Position numbers and translations under genes: made by a program. Source: Tagaea sp. (GTDB taxonomy: Bacteria > Pseudomonadota > Alphaproteobacteria > CACIAM-22H2). Taken from it: 64,000 bases of DNA. A model generated the notes under the pieces. That model saw only the letters and a list, made by a program, of their open reading frames with translations, did no database searches and was not told the DNA's origin. The stretch spans positions 160,001 through 224,000 of the forward strand of contig CBDIIB010000005.1 in the NCBI GenBank assembly GCA_965279525.1, in the 5' to 3' direction. Positions 41,328-52,775 of this stretch are shown here, piece by piece (position 1 is the first letter of the stretch; each line of letters opens with the position of its first letter).

Positions 41328-42577
41328 CAGGCCTTCTCCATCGACTTGGCGGACTTGAGCACCGGTTCGGCGATCGACGCCGGCAGCGGGCGCGGGCGTT
41401 CGAACCAGCCGAGCAGCGGCAGGAACACGAGGAAGTGCAGGAAGTAGAGGAGCGTGGCGATCTGGCCCAGGATCAGCGGCAGGCCTTCGGCGGGCTGCGA
41501 GCCGGCCCAGCCGAGCACGCAGGTGACGACCATGAACAGCCAGAAGAACACGCGGAACGCCGGGCGGAAACGGCCCGAGCGCACGCGGCTGGTGTCGAGC
41601 CACGGCAGCAGGAACAGGATGGCGATGGCGCCGAACATCAGCAGTACGCCGCCCAGCTTGTCGGGCACGGCGCGCAGGATCGCGTAGAACGGCAGGAAGT
41701 ACCATTCCGGCACGATGTGCGCGGGCGTGACCAGCGGGTTGGCCGGGATCCAGTTGTCGGGATGGCCCAGCGTGTAGGGGCTGAAGAACACGAAGTACGC
41801 GAACACGATCAGGAACACGCCCAGGCCGAACGCGTCCTTGGCCGTGTAATAGGGGTGGAACGGGATCTTGTCCTGCGGGCCCTTGGCGTCGATGCCGAGC
41901 GGGTTGTTCGAGCCGTGCACGTGCAGCGCCCACAGGTGCAGCAGCACGAGGCCCGCGATGACGAACGGCAGCAGGTAGTGGAGTGCGAAGAAGCGGTTCA
42001 GCGTCGGGTTGTCGACCGAGAAGCCGCCCCACAGCCACGTGACGATCTCCTGGCCCACGACCGGGATGGCCGAGAACAGGTTGGTGATGACGGTCGCGCC
42101 CCAGAAGCTCATCTGGCCCCAGGGAAGCACGTAGCCCATGAACGCGGTCGCCATCATCGCGAGGAAGATGGCGAGGCCCAGCCACCACAGGATCTCGCGC
42201 GGCGCCTTGTACGAGCCGTAATAGAGGCCGCGCGCGATGTGGATGTAGACGGCGATGAAGAACATCGACGCGCCGTTCATGTGGATGTAGCGGATCAGCC
42301 AGCCGTAGTTGACGTCGCGCATGATGCGTTCGACCGAGTCGAACGCCGTCAGCGTCGAGGCCTGGTAGTTCATGGCGAGGAAGATGCCCGACACGATCAT
42401 GATGACGAGCATCACGCCGGCGAGCGAGCCGAAGTTCCACAGATAGTTCAGGTTGCGCGGTGCCGGATACTTGATGAGCTGGGTGTCGATCAGCTCGAAG
42501 ATCGGCAGGCGATGGTCGACCCACTTGACGATCGGGTTCGACATGAAAGGCGACGGGACGTAGTCGTATTTGGCCAT
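41327..42577 (-). CDS. petB: cytochrome b
   Basis: [27 protein letters not shown]. Confidence 0.98.
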   Translation of the reverse strand: MAKYDYVPSPFMSNPIVKWVDHRLPIFELIDTQLIKYPAPRNLNYLWNFGSLAGVMLVIMIVSGIFLAMNYQASTLTAFDSVERIMRDVNYGWLIRYIHMNGASMFFIAVYIHIARGLYYGSYKAPREILWWLGLAIFLAMMATAFMGYVLPWGQMSFWGATVITNLFSAIPVVGQEIVTWLWGGFSVDNPTLNRFFALHYLLPFVIAGLVLLHLWALHVHGSNNPLGIDAKGPQDKIPFHPYYTAKDAFGLGVFLIVFAYFVFFSPYTLGHPDNWIPANPLVTPAHIVPEWYFLPFYAILRAVPDKLGGVLLMFGAIAILFLLPWLDTSRVRSGRFRPAFRVFFWLFMVVTCVLGWAGSQPAEGLPLILGQIATLLYFLHFLVFLPLLGWFERPRPLPASIAEPVLKSAKSMEKA

Positions 42578-42587
42578 GGCGCGCGCC

Positions 42588-43163
42588 TCAACCGATCCGG
42601 ATGGTGGTGTCGTTCGTGAAGGTATAGCCGGGCACCTCGAGATTCTTGGGTGCCGGCCCGCGGCGGATGCGGCCCGACGTGTCGTAGTGCGAGCCGTGGC
42701 ACGGGCAGAACCAGCCGCCGAAATCGCCCTTGGAGTCCGACGGCTTCTGGCCGAGCGGCACGCAGCCCAGATGGGTGCACACGCCCAGCAGCACGAGCCA
42801 GTTTTCCTTCTGCACGCGCGCCGAGTCCTTCTGCGGGTCCGGCAGGGCAGCGCTGTCGTCGGCCTTGGCCTTGGCGATTTCCTCGGGCGTGCGGTTGCGC
42901 ACGAACACCGGGCGGCCGCGCCATGTCACCGTGATCGCCTGCCCGGGCTGGATCGCCGACAGGACGACCTCGGTCGAGGCGAGTGCGAGCACGTCGGCCG
43001 ACGGGTTCATCGAGTGGATGAAGGCCCAGCCGGTGAGTGCGGCACCCGTGGCGCCGAAGGCGGTCGCGGAGAGATAGAGGAAGTCGCGCCGCGTGGTGCC
43101 GTCGGGGTGCTGGCGCCCCTCGCCGTGCGGAGCGGAAACCGTGGAAGTACCGGACTGAGCCAT
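42588..43163 (-). CDS. petA: ubiquinol-cytochrome c reductase Rieske subunit
   Basis: Tat motif RRDFL, CTHLGC, CPCHGS. Confidence 0.98.
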   Translation of the reverse strand: MAQSGTSTVSAPHGEGRQHPDGTTRRDFLYLSATAFGATGAALTGWAFIHSMNPSADVLALASTEVVLSAIQPGQAITVTWRGRPVFVRNRTPEEIAKAKADDSAALPDPQKDSARVQKENWLVLLGVCTHLGCVPLGQKPSDSKGDFGGWFCPCHGSHYDTSGRIRRGPAPKNLEVPGYTFTNDTTIRIG

Positions 43164-43410
43164 CGCGATGGACCCTCTTTATTGCAGCCCGCTCAATGGA
43201 GCGGCAGGCCGCTTGTCGCAACGAGAAACTTACATTGCCCCGACCCGGTGGCCTGCGACGGGTTGTCGCAGGATTCGAGCGGCTTGGCGGGCTTTGCCCG
43301 CAGGCTTGGTGCGGGTATAGCCCGCCCGCGCCCGGGATGCAAAGGCTGGCAGCCGGCTACCGCTTTCGTGTCAGGGCCCGAGACCGGACATACGGTGTTA
43401 ATTTAGTCCC

Positions 43411-43878
43411 ATGACCCTGCGCCTTGCCCTCTACGAGCCGGATATCGCCGCCAATACGGGCACGATCCTGCGGCTGGCCGCGTGCCTGGGCGTGGGCGTG
43501 GACGTCATCGAGCCGTGCGGATTCGTCTGGTCGGAGCCCAAGCTGCGCCGGGCGGGCATGGATTATCTCGACCGGGTCGATCTCGTGCGCCACACGAGCT
43601 TTGCGCGATTCCGCGAAGCCCCCGCCCCCGGCCGGCTGGTGCTGCTGTCGACGAAGGCGTCCGTCCGGCTGCCCGATTTCCGGTTCGAGGCAGGCGACAC
43701 GCTGCTGCTGGGCCGCGAGAGTGCCGGCGTGCCCGACGCGGTGCGCGATGCCGCCGACGCGGCCGTGCGCGTGCCGATGGCGGCGGGCGAACGATCGCTC
43801 AACGTCGCACTTGCGGCAGCCCTCGTCCTGGGTGAAGCCTTACGCCAGCTCGACGCCTATCCGGAGGAGAACGCGTGA
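43411..43878 (+). CDS. trmL: tRNA (cytidine(34)-2'-O)-methyltransferase
   Basis: [30 protein letters not shown] (SPOUT). Confidence 0.92.
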   Translation: MTLRLALYEPDIAANTGTILRLAACLGVGVDVIEPCGFVWSEPKLRRAGMDYLDRVDLVRHTSFARFREAPAPGRLVLLSTKASVRLPDFRFEAGDTLLLGRESAGVPDAVRDAADAAVRVPMAAGERSLNVALAAALVLGEALRQLDAYPEENA

Positions 43879-44737
43879 ACACCGAAGACAAGAAGGCGCA
43901 GGCCGAAGCCTGGTTCCAGGGCCTGCGCGACCGGATCTGTGCGGCATTCGAGAAGCTCGAGGACGATCTTTCCGCCGGCCCCCACGCGGCCCTTCCCGCC
44001 GGCCGGTTCGCGCGCAAGCCGTGGACGCGCACCGACCATAGCGGTGCGCCCGGCGGCGGCGGCACGATGGCCGTGATGCATGGGCGCGTGTTCGAGAAGG
44101 TCGGCGTCAACGTGTCGACCGTGTTCGGCAGCTTCGCGCCCGAATTCGCCAAGAACATGCCGGGGGCCGCCGACGATCCGCGCTTCTGGGCGTCGGGCAT
44201 TTCGCTCGTCGCGCACATGCGCTCGCCCAAGGTGCCGGCCGTCCACATGAACACGCGCCATATCGTGACGACCAAGGCGTGGTTCGGCGGCGGCGGCGAC
44301 CTCACGCCGATGGTGCCGCACGAGCCCGACACGCAGGCTTTCCACGCGGCCTATAAAAAGGCGTGCGACGCGCACGATCCGGCCTACTACCCGCGCTTCA
44401 AGAAATGGTGCGACGAATATTTCTTCCTGCCCCACCGCAACGAGCCGCGCGGCGTGGGCGGCATCTTCTACGACAACCTGGATACCGGCGACTGGCGAAG
44501 GACTTCGCCTTCACGAAGGACGTGGGCGAGGCCTTCCTCGACGCGTACCCCAAGCTCGTCGCCGCCCACATGCACGAGCCGTGGACGCAGGCCGAGCGCG
44601 AGCACCAGCGCGTGCGCCGCGGGCGCTATGTGGAATTCAACCTGCTCTACGACCGCGGCACCACCTTCGGCCTGAAGACCGGCGGCAACGTGGAAGCGAT
44701 CCTGATGAGCCTGCCGCCGGACGTGAGCTGGCCGTAA
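43875..44737 (+). pseudogene. hemF: oxygen-dependent coproporphyrinogen III oxidase, frameshifted near 44495
   Basis: [27 protein letters not shown] in one frame; [23 protein letters not shown] in another; may be a sequencing error. Confidence 0.88.
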
Positions 44738-44764
44738 CTGGCTTCAATTTGGTGTAAATTTTAC

Positions 44765-44778
44765 CTGATCTACATCAA
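44765..44778 (+). promoter_or_regulatory. putative FNR/FixK box
   Basis: CTGAT-CTAC-ATCAA, 9/10 match to TTGAT-N4-ATCAA, about 80 nt before the MCP start. Confidence 0.55.
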
Positions 44779-44859
44779 GGATGCGGTAATACATCCGCGT
44801 CATTATCCATTCGTCATATGTAGAAAAATACACCCCGAAAGCGTCCGGAGATTCCCGTC

Positions 44860-47289
44860 ATGTCGTTCCTCGCCGGCATCCGCGCCAAGCTCGTCCTGCT
44901 GCTCCTCGTCTTCGGCCTGCTGCCGGTGATCGCGGTCGGCGCCTTCTTCAAGGCCCAGCGCAGCAACCTCGAGGAGATCGTCACCGACCGGCTCGAGGAT
45001 TCCGCACGCTCCATCGCCGACGTGATCGACCGCAACCTGTTCGAGCGCTACGGCGACGTGCAGGCCTTCCTGCTCAACCCGGCCGTCGCCGATCGCGACA
45101 ACTGGAAGAAGGCGGGTGCGGCCAACGGGCTGATCGAGGCGATGGACGGCTACACGCAGCTCTACGGCCTCTACAAGGTCATGCTGCTGGTCGACGCGAA
45201 GGGCGACGTGCTCGCGGTCAATTCGGTGGGCGCCAACGGCAAGCCGATCGCGACCGAGAAGCTCTACGGGCAGAACTTCGCCGACGCGAGCTGGCTCAAG
45301 CGCACGCTCGCCGAGGACTATCTCAAGGGCACCAACGGCCTGAGCGGCACCGTCGTCGACGTGCCCGGCCCCAGCCAGGTCGTGGCGCAGGCCTAAGGCA
45401 GCGACGGCTGGTCGATCGTGTTCGCCGCCCCGCTCAAGGACAAGGACGGCAAGGTCGTCGCCGTGTGGGCCAACTTCGCGGAGTTCGAGCTGGTCGAGCA
45501 GATCGTCGCGTCGAGCTACAAGGGCCTCGCGGCCAACGGCATGGCGTCGGCCGAGATCACGGTGCTGGATCCCAAGGGCATCGTGCTCGTCGATTTCGAC
45601 CTCAAGGGCCGCAATCTGAAGGAATACACGCGCGACCCGGCCGTCATCGGCAAGCTCAATCTCGCCACGCTGGGCGTCGAGGCGGCCATCAAGGCGGTCA
45701 ACAAGCAGAACGGCATGATCGTGTCGATGCATGCGCGCAAGAAGATCCTGCAGGGCGCGGGCTTCGCGCACAGCGTGGGCGCCTACGACTATCCCGGCCT
45801 GTCCTGGTCCGTGCTGGTGCGCGTGCCGGTCGAGGAAGCCTTCGCCGACATCAACCGCATCGAGACGACGCTGCTGGTCGTGTTCGTCGTGGCGCTTGGC
45901 GCCATCGTCGCCGGCGGGCTCGTCATCGGCGCCATCGCCGTGCGCCCGCTCAACGCGCTGACCGGCGCCATGAACAGCCTCGCCGGCGGCGATCTCGCCA
46001 CCGAAGTGCCCGGCGTGGGTCGCAAGGACGAGCTTGGCCGGATGGCCGAGGCCATGCAGGTCTTCAAGGACAACGCCAAGGAAGCCGAGCGCCTGAAGGG
46101 CGAGCAGGTCCGCATGGCCGAGGAAGCCGAGCGCCAGAAGAAGAAGGCGCTGATGGACATGGCCGAGACGGTCGAGCGCGAGACCGCGAGTGCCGTCGAG
46201 GCGATCGCGCAGAACACGCGCCAGGTCGACGGGGCCGCGCAAGGCATGTCGCAGCTTGCCGTCAACGTGTCGGCCGATTCCCAGGCCGTCGCGGCGGCGT
46301 CGGAAGAAGCGCTGGTCAACGTGCAGACCGTTTCCTCGGCCGCCGAAGAGCTGTCGGCCTCGATCCGCGAGATCTCGGGCCAGGTGGCGCGTGCTTCCGC
46401 CGTGACCAAGAACGCGGTCGAGAGCGGCGAGCGGGCGCAGACGACGATCCGCTCGCTGTCGGACGCGGTGGCGAAAATCTCGGAAGTGACGAAGCTGATC
46501 GGCCAGATCGCCGGGCAGACGAACCTGCTCGCCCTCAACGCCACGATCGAGGCGGCGCGCGCGGGCGATGCCGGCAAGGGCTTCGCGGTGGTGGCATCGG
46601 AGGTGAAGAACCTCGCCAACCAGACCGGCCGCTCGACCGAGGACATCGACCGTCAGGTCGGCGAGATCCAGTCGGCGACCGAAGCGGCCGTGAAGGCCGT
46701 GGCCGAGATCGGCGAGCGTATCCGCGAGGTCGACGAGGTGGCGGGCGCCATCGCGGCGGCGATGGAAGAACAGGGTGCCGCCACGCAGGAGATCGCGCGC
46801 AACGTCGGCCAGACGGCCGAGGCGGCACGCGAGGTCTCGTCCAAGATCCAGAGCGTCAGCCGCGAGGCGGACAATGTCGGCACGCGTGCGGCGGAAGTGC
46901 GCGAGGCGGTGGCCGGCGTGGGCCAGAGCCTCGACGGGCTCAAGCGCATCCTCGTGCGCGTCGTGCGCACCTCGACGACCGACGCCGACCGGCGCAGGTT
47001 CCCGCGCTACGCGGTCAAGGCCGGCATCGACGTGACGGACGGCGCCAGCAAGAAGGTCCCTGCCACGCTGCTCGATGCCTCGGACGGCGGGGCGCACTTC
47101 CGTTGCGATGCCGCGATGCGCCAGGGCGAGCGCGGCCAGATCCGCTTCGAAGGATTCGGCCAGTCGATGCCCTACACGGTGCGCTTCCGCGAGAAGGACT
47201 CGGTCCATGTCGAGTTCCCGGCCAACGCCGCGTTCGCGTCGTGGATCGGCCAGCGCAGCGCCGGCATGCGGCCCGTCGACGCCGCCTGA
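44860..47289 (+). pseudogene. methyl-accepting chemotaxis protein (Cache-HAMP-MA-PilZ) with in-frame TAA at 45394-45396
   Basis: TM, Cache (DRNLFERYGDVQAF), HAMP (RKDELGRMA), [17 protein letters not shown], PilZ RRRFPR/DASDGG; both ORF pieces in the same frame. Confidence 0.85.
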
Positions 47290-47298
47290 CGGCTGGAC

Positions 47299-47835
47299 CT
47301 AGGCGGCGGGCAGGACCGGATCGGCCCGGAAGACCGGATCGCGGAACACGTCCGCCACGCCGGGTTCCTCCTCGATGCCCGACACGAGCAGGCTCGGCGT
47401 CTGCCCCGGCTCGGCATAGGGCAGCAGGATCCGGCGATAGATGCCCGAAAGGCGCGGCCCGGTCAGCTCCACCTCGTGCAGCATCGGCTCGGCAAGCGCG
47501 TGGACCGCGCGGTAGTCGGCTTCGACGAGATCGCGCAGCGCCACCGGCCGGATGTCGGCCGTATCGCGCTTGTGATAGTCGAGCGGGTGGAAGCTCGCCG
47601 TGCCGAAAATCCGGAAATGGAAGCCGCCTTCGGGCAGCACGTCGATCAGGTGGATGTGGCCGAGCGCGAAGGTGAACGGCTCGAAGCGCGCCAGATGGGG
47701 TGCCGGGATCGCGTCGGCCCCGCATTGCGAGCGCCATGTGGCAAGCAGACGGGTCAGACGTGGCGGGGCATGCGCTTCGGCGAGGCGCCGCGAGGCGAAG
47801 CGGTATCCCGCTTGGCTGTTCAGACCACCCATCAT
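47299..47835 (-). CDS. single PAS-domain (PAS_5-like) protein
   Basis: LLATW, LGHIHLIDV, FHFRIFGT, YRRILLP; start uncertain. Confidence 0.7.
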   Translation of the reverse strand: MMGGLNSQAGYRFASRRLAEAHAPPRLTRLLATWRSQCGADAIPAPHLARFEPFTFALGHIHLIDVLPEGGFHFRIFGTASFHPLDYHKRDTADIRPVALRDLVEADYRAVHALAEPMLHEVELTGPRLSGIYRRILLPYAEPGQTPSLLVSGIEEEPGVADVFRDPVFRADPVLPAA

Positions 47836-47951
47836 CCAGAAACGACCTGCCTGTTCGAGCGTCCGCGACTTCGCGCGCGAACTTGCCGGACAAGTCAAAT
47901 ACAGGTCCGGCACCCTGCCATCAAATCCAAAAATTGTGGGTATTAACCCTA

Positions 47952-49202
47952 CTAATTCGTTACCTGGCTGCGGCGCATGCGGGCCAGCAAGGCCGCCCGG
48001 CTCTCGACCGCGCCGAAGGCGATCCACGCTTCCTCGTAGCGTTTGAGCCAAGCCCCCATCGCCGGGCCCGGCTCGATTCCCGTCGCGCGCGCATCCTCGC
48101 CGTTGAGCGGAAAGCGCGGCCGCACCCAGCCGCGCGCCTGGTCGAGCAGTTCTGCAAACCCGTCGTCCGAACCGGATTTCGCCCAGGCGAGCAGCACGAA
48201 ATCGGCAGGATCGCCGCCCAGCCGGTAGAACGCCGCGCGCCGTTCCGGCACCGGCGCCGACGGCAGCATGCGCGCGGTCGGCCGTACCAGTGCCGCAAGC
48301 CGTTCGGCATGGGCATTCGACAGCTTCAGGCGGGCGGCGACCGCCAGGGCCGCATCGGGCGGCAGCACGGCGGCAAGGGCACGCACCGCCGAGGGGGCGG
48401 CCCCGGTCGCCGCGACGATCGATTCGAGCCGGGCGAGCGTTGCGGTCTGCCCGAGCTCCGGCAGCCAGTGGGCGAGCACGCCCGCTTCGCGCATCGCATC
48501 AAGACAATGGGCCGCGCGCGGGCCTTCAAGCAGGCGGAAGAGTTCGCCCGCCACGCGCTCGGCCGACAGGCCGGGCAGCAGCGCGGCAAGTTCGCGGCAC
48601 GCGGCGAGTGCGGGTGCATCGTGCCCGCCCGCCCCGTAGCGCGCGTGGAAGCGGAAGAAGCGCAAGGCCCGCAGCACGTCCTCGCGGATGCGCGTGGCGG
48701 CATCGCCCACGAAGCGCACGCGCCCGGCATCCAGATCTTCCCGCCCGCCGAAATAATCGAAGACCGACCCGTCGGCCGTCATCGACATCGCGTTGATCGT
48801 GAAGTCGCGCCGGGCGGCGTCCGCCCGCCAGTCGTCGGTGAAGGCGACGACTGCGTGCCGCCCGTCGGTTTCCACGTCGCGGCGCAGCGTCGTGATCTCG
48901 AACGTGCGGCCGCGCGCCACGGCCGTGACGGTGCCGTGCGCGATGCCCGTGGGCACGGCCTTCAGCCCCGCCGCCGCCAGCTTCGCCATGACCGCGTCGG
49001 GGACCAGCGGGGTGGCGAGATCGAGATCGTTGGGCAGGTCGCCGCGAAGGGCATCGCGCACGCAGCCGCCCACGAAGCGCGCCTCGCCGCCAAGGGCGGC
49101 CAGCACGTCGCGCGTGGCGTCCATCGTGGCCCATTGGGGCAGCGTTTCGAGGCGGGTGGCGGGCGAATCCATCTTGGATGCAAGCCTATCACGGGCCTGC
49201 AT
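47952..49202 (-). CDS. cca: CCA tRNA nucleotidyltransferase
   Basis: VGGCVRD, DLDLAT, EITTLRRD, RRDFTINA, EDVLRALRFFRF. Confidence 0.93.
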   Translation of the reverse strand: MQARDRLASKMDSPATRLETLPQWATMDATRDVLAALGGEARFVGGCVRDALRGDLPNDLDLATPLVPDAVMAKLAAAGLKAVPTGIAHGTVTAVARGRTFEITTLRRDVETDGRHAVVAFTDDWRADAARRDFTINAMSMTADGSVFDYFGGREDLDAGRVRFVGDAATRIREDVLRALRFFRFHARYGAGGHDAPALAACRELAALLPGLSAERVAGELFRLLEGPRAAHCLDAMREAGVLAHWLPELGQTATLARLESIVAATGAAPSAVRALAAVLPPDAALAVAARLKLSNAHAERLAALVRPTARMLPSAPVPERRAAFYRLGGDPADFVLLAWAKSGSDDGFAELLDQARGWVRPRFPLNGEDARATGIEPGPAMGAWLKRYEEAWIAFGAVESRAALLARMRRSQVTN

Positions 49203-49969
49203 CAGTCCAGCGCGCGGAAGCTTTCGGCAAGTGCCCGGTCGTAGCCGCGCGAGGCGGCCATCAGGCGCTGGGTATAGGGATCGCGCGCGGCCCCGGTGCG
49301 CAAGGAAGCGGTATCCATTTCCTCGACGATCTTGCCGCGGCTCATCACCGCCAGGCGCGAGCACATGTGCGCCACGACCGCGAGATTGTGGCTGACCATC
49401 ACGAAGGTGAGGTTGCGCTTGCGCCGGAGCGCATCGAGTAGGTTCAGCACTTCGGCCTGGATCGACACGTCGAGCGCGGATGTCGGCTCGTCGAGCAGCA
49501 GCATCTCCGGCTCGACGATAAGGGCCCGCGCGATCGCCACGCGCTGGCGCTGGCCGCCGGAAAGCTGGTGCGGGTAGCGGAAGCGGAAGCCGTGGCCGAG
49601 GCCCACTTCCTCCAGCGCCTTCTCGATGCGCTCTTCCCGGCGGTCGAGCCCGTGGATCGCCAGCGGCTCGGCCAGCGCCCGGTCGATCGTCTGGCGCGGA
49701 TGCAGCGAGCCGTAGGGATCCTGGAACACCATCTGCACGCGGCTGTAGAAGGCGCGGTCGCGTTTCTTCGCCAGTTCCCTGCCGTCGAAGCGGATCGTGC
49801 CCGTCCAGGTGTCGAGCAGGCCCGCCAACGCGCGCAGCACGGTCGACTTGCCCGAGCCTGACTCGCCCACCAGCCCGTAGCTTTCCCCGCGCGCGACGGC
49901 AAAGCGCGCGGCATCGACCGCGCGCATGTCGCCGAACATCACGCCCAGATTCTCGGCCGTGAGGATCAT
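49202..49969 (-). CDS. peptide ABC transporter ATP-binding protein (DppF-like)
   Basis: [25 protein letters not shown]. Confidence 0.93.
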   Translation of the reverse strand: MILTAENLGVMFGDMRAVDAARFAVARGESYGLVGESGSGKSTVLRALAGLLDTWTGTIRFDGRELAKKRDRAFYSRVQMVFQDPYGSLHPRQTIDRALAEPLAIHGLDRREERIEKALEEVGLGHGFRFRYPHQLSGGQRQRVAIARALIVEPEMLLLDEPTSALDVSIQAEVLNLLDALRRKRNLTFVMVSHNLAVVAHMCSRLAVMSRGKIVEEMDTASLRTGAARDPYTQRLMAASRGYDRALAESFRALD

Positions 49970-50808
49970 GTCCCCTCCAGCCAGGCGGCATCGCGCGTCA
50001 GAACCGGCAGTTCGCGCTGCGCGCGGTCGAGGCGCGGCACGCAGTCTAGGAGGCCGCGCGTATAGGGATGCTTGGCACCGGCAAGCTCGGACGCCTTCAG
50101 CGTCTCGACCACGCGCCCGCCATACATGACCAGCACGCGGTCGCAGAACGCGGCGACGAGATCGAGATCGTGGCTGACGAAGATGAGACCCATGCCGCGG
50201 CGCGACACCAGCTCGTCGAGGATGGCGAGCACCTGCATCTGCACGGTCACGTCGAGCGCTGATGTCGGCTCGTCGGCGATAAGGAGCTCGGGCTCGGCCA
50301 CCAGCATCATCGCGATCATCGCACGCTGGCCCATGCCGCCGGACACCTCGTGCGGATAGAGGTCGTAGACGCGCTCGGGATCGCGGATGCGCACGGCTTC
50401 GAGCACGGCCAGCGCCTTCTCGCGCGCCTCTGCCCGGCCCGCCTTGACGTGCACGCGGTAGGCTTCGGCGATCTGCTGGCCGACCGTCATCACGGGATTG
50501 AGCGAGAATTTCGGGTCCTGCATGACCATCGCCATGCGCTTGCCGCGAAGCTTGCGCCAGCCTGCCGGGTCGAGGCCGCGCAGATCCTGCCCGTCGAACT
50601 CCAGCCGCCTGGCGCGCACCTCGCCCGCCGGTGGCGTGAGGCCCAGCAACGCGCGGCCCGTCACCGACTTGCCCGAGCCGGACTCGCCGACGATGCCGAT
50701 CTTTTCCTTGCCCATCGTCAGCGACACGCCGCGCACCGCGTTGACGACGCGGTTGCGCAGGCGGAACGTGACGTGCAGGTCCTCGATGGCGACGAGCGGC
50801 TTTTCCAT
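49966..50808 (-). CDS. peptide ABC transporter ATP-binding protein (DppD-like)
   Basis: [29 protein letters not shown]. Confidence 0.93.
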   Translation of the reverse strand: MEKPLVAIEDLHVTFRLRNRVVNAVRGVSLTMGKEKIGIVGESGSGKSVTGRALLGLTPPAGEVRARRLEFDGQDLRGLDPAGWRKLRGKRMAMVMQDPKFSLNPVMTVGQQIAEAYRVHVKAGRAEAREKALAVLEAVRIRDPERVYDLYPHEVSGGMGQRAMIAMMLVAEPELLIADEPTSALDVTVQMQVLAILDELVSRRGMGLIFVSHDLDLVAAFCDRVLVMYGGRVVETLKASELAGAKHPYTRGLLDCVPRLDRAQRELPVLTRDAAWLEGT

Positions 50809-51707
50809 CAGTCGCGCTTCGGGTCCAGCACGTCGCGCAACCCGTCGCCCAGCAGGTTGAAGCCCAGCGACACGATGAAGATCGCGATCCCCGGCATCGT
50901 CGCCACCCACCACTGGTCGAGCAGGAAGCGCCGGCCCGACGAGATCATGGCCCCCCATTCGGGGCTGGGCGGCTGGGCGCCGAGGCCGAGGAACCCGAGG
51001 CCGGCCGCCGTCAGGATGATGCCGGCCATGTCGAGCGTCATGCGCACGATGGTGGACGACACGCACATGGGCGCCACATGCCGCAGCACGATGCGCAGGC
51101 CCGAAGCGCCCTGCGCCTGCACGGCCGCGATGTAGTCGGCCTTGCGCACGACAAGCGTTTCGGCGCGTGCGAGGCGCGCATAGGGCGGCCATGTCGTGAG
51201 TGCAATCGCCAGCACCGCGTTCTCGATGCCGGGCTTGAGTGCGGCGACAAGGGCAAGGGCGAGGATCAGGCGCGGGAAGGCGAGGAACACGTCGGTGATG
51301 CGCATCAGGACCGCATCGACCCAGCCGCCGAAATAGCCGGCAAGCGTGCCCACCGCGAGGCCGACCGGGGCGACCGTCACGACGACCAGCAGCACGATGC
51401 CGAGCGTGATGCGCGAGCCCCAGATGATCCGGCTCAGGATGTCGCGGCCCAGCTCGTCCGTACCAAGCCAATGCCGGGCCGACGGCGGATTGAGGCGGAA
51501 ATCGAGGTCCTGCGCGGTCGGCCCATAGGGCGCCAGCAGCGGGGCGAAGATCGCGACGAGCACGAGGCCGAGCACGATCGACAGGCCCACCATCGCCAGC
51601 CCGTTCTGCCGGAAGGCGAGCCAGCTGCGGTAGAAGGCGCCCGCGCGTGCCTGCCCGCGGCTGGCGGGAGCCTCGTCGAGCAGCCAGGCCTGGAGGGTAC
51701 GGCTCAT
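50808..51707 (-). CDS. peptide ABC transporter permease (DppC-like)
   Basis: LGTDELGRD, LGFLGLGAQPPSPEWG, NLLGDGLRD. Confidence 0.93.
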   Translation of the reverse strand: MSRTLQAWLLDEAPASRGQARAGAFYRSWLAFRQNGLAMVGLSIVLGLVLVAIFAPLLAPYGPTAQDLDFRLNPPSARHWLGTDELGRDILSRIIWGSRITLGIVLLVVVTVAPVGLAVGTLAGYFGGWVDAVLMRITDVFLAFPRLILALALVAALKPGIENAVLAIALTTWPPYARLARAETLVVRKADYIAAVQAQGASGLRIVLRHVAPMCVSSTIVRMTLDMAGIILTAAGLGFLGLGAQPPSPEWGAMISSGRRFLLDQWWVATMPGIAIFIVSLGFNLLGDGLRDVLDPKRD

Positions 51708-52774
51708 CGCCGGGACCGCGGATCGACGATCCGGTAGAGGATGTCGGAAACGAGGTTGAGGCCGATGAACACCATGCCGACGACGACCGTGCCGCCGAGC
51801 ACGGCGTTCATGTCGGCGGCGAGCAGCGACTGGGTGATGTAGAGGCCGAGGCCCGGCCACGCGAACACCGTCTCGGTCAGCACCGAGCCTTCGAGCAGGT
51901 TGGCGTAGGAGAGTGCAATGACCGTGACGAGCGGCACCATCGCATTGCCCAGCGCATGGCGCCACACGACGCGGAATTCCGACAGGCCCTTCACGCGCGC
52001 CGCGATCACGTATTCCTGGCGCAGCTGTTCGAGCATGAAGCTGCGCGTCATGCGGCTGATGTAGGCAAGGCTGAAATAGCCGAGCAGGCAGGCGGGCAGC
52101 GTCAGGTGGCGGATCGCGTTGCCGAACACCTCCCATTCGCCGGCCATCGCCGAATCGATCAGGATGATGCCGGTGACCGGATCGACGATGTCCTCGAAGC
52201 CGGTCGAAAGGCGCCCGGGCCCCGCGACGATGCCGAGCTTGCCGTAGAACAGGAGCAGGCCCATCAGGCCGAGCCAGAAGACCGGCACCGAATAGCCGAT
52301 CAGGCCGAACACGCGCACGAACTGGTCGGGCCAGCGGTCGCGGTAGACGGCGGCGGCCACGCCCATCGGGATGCCGAACACGACGCCGATCAGCGTGCCG
52401 AGGGTCGCAAGCTCGATCGTCGCGGGGAACACGCGTACGATGTCGTCGATGACGCTGTTGGCCGTGAGCACCGAGCGGCCGAAATCGCCGGTCGCCGCCT
52501 TCTGCAGGTAGATCCAGAACTGCTGCCACAGCGGCAGGTCGAGGCCGAGTTCGAGGCGCACGCGCTCGTACACTTCCGCCGGTGCCCGATCGCCCACCGC
52601 CGCGAGGACGGGATCGATCGGCACGACGCGGCCGATGAAAAACGTGATGAGGAGAAGCCCGAGAAGCGTCGCCGCGACCATGGTTGCGGTCGCGGCGACA
52701 TTCCGGGCGATGCCGGCGGAAGCGGAACCCGTTAGGGTCCAGCGCTTCTTGGCCGACTCGGCAGTCGTCGTCAC
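51704..52774 (-). CDS. peptide ABC transporter permease (DppB-like)
   Basis: LGLDLPL..QF, FPATIEL, ARVKGL, ETVFAWPGLG. Confidence 0.93.
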   Translation of the reverse strand: MTTTAESAKKRWTLTGSASAGIARNVAATATMVAATLLGLLLITFFIGRVVPIDPVLAAVGDRAPAEVYERVRLELGLDLPLWQQFWIYLQKAATGDFGRSVLTANSVIDDIVRVFPATIELATLGTLIGVVFGIPMGVAAAVYRDRWPDQFVRVFGLIGYSVPVFWLGLMGLLLFYGKLGIVAGPGRLSTGFEDIVDPVTGIILIDSAMAGEWEVFGNAIRHLTLPACLLGYFSLAYISRMTRSFMLEQLRQEYVIAARVKGLSEFRVVWRHALGNAMVPLVTVIALSYANLLEGSVLTETVFAWPGLGLYITQSLLAADMNAVLGGTVVVGMVFIGLNLVSDILYRIVDPRSRR

Positions 52775-52775
52775 C

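Noticed and set aside
44490-45400. Programmed frameshift in hemF, or stop readthrough / recoding in the MCP
   Set aside because: No slippery heptamer; TAA is not a recoded codon and ends other genes in this window normally
47920-47965. CtrA box in the AT-rich patch upstream of the PAS gene
   Set aside because: Only a TTAACC half-site; no TTAA-N7-TTAA
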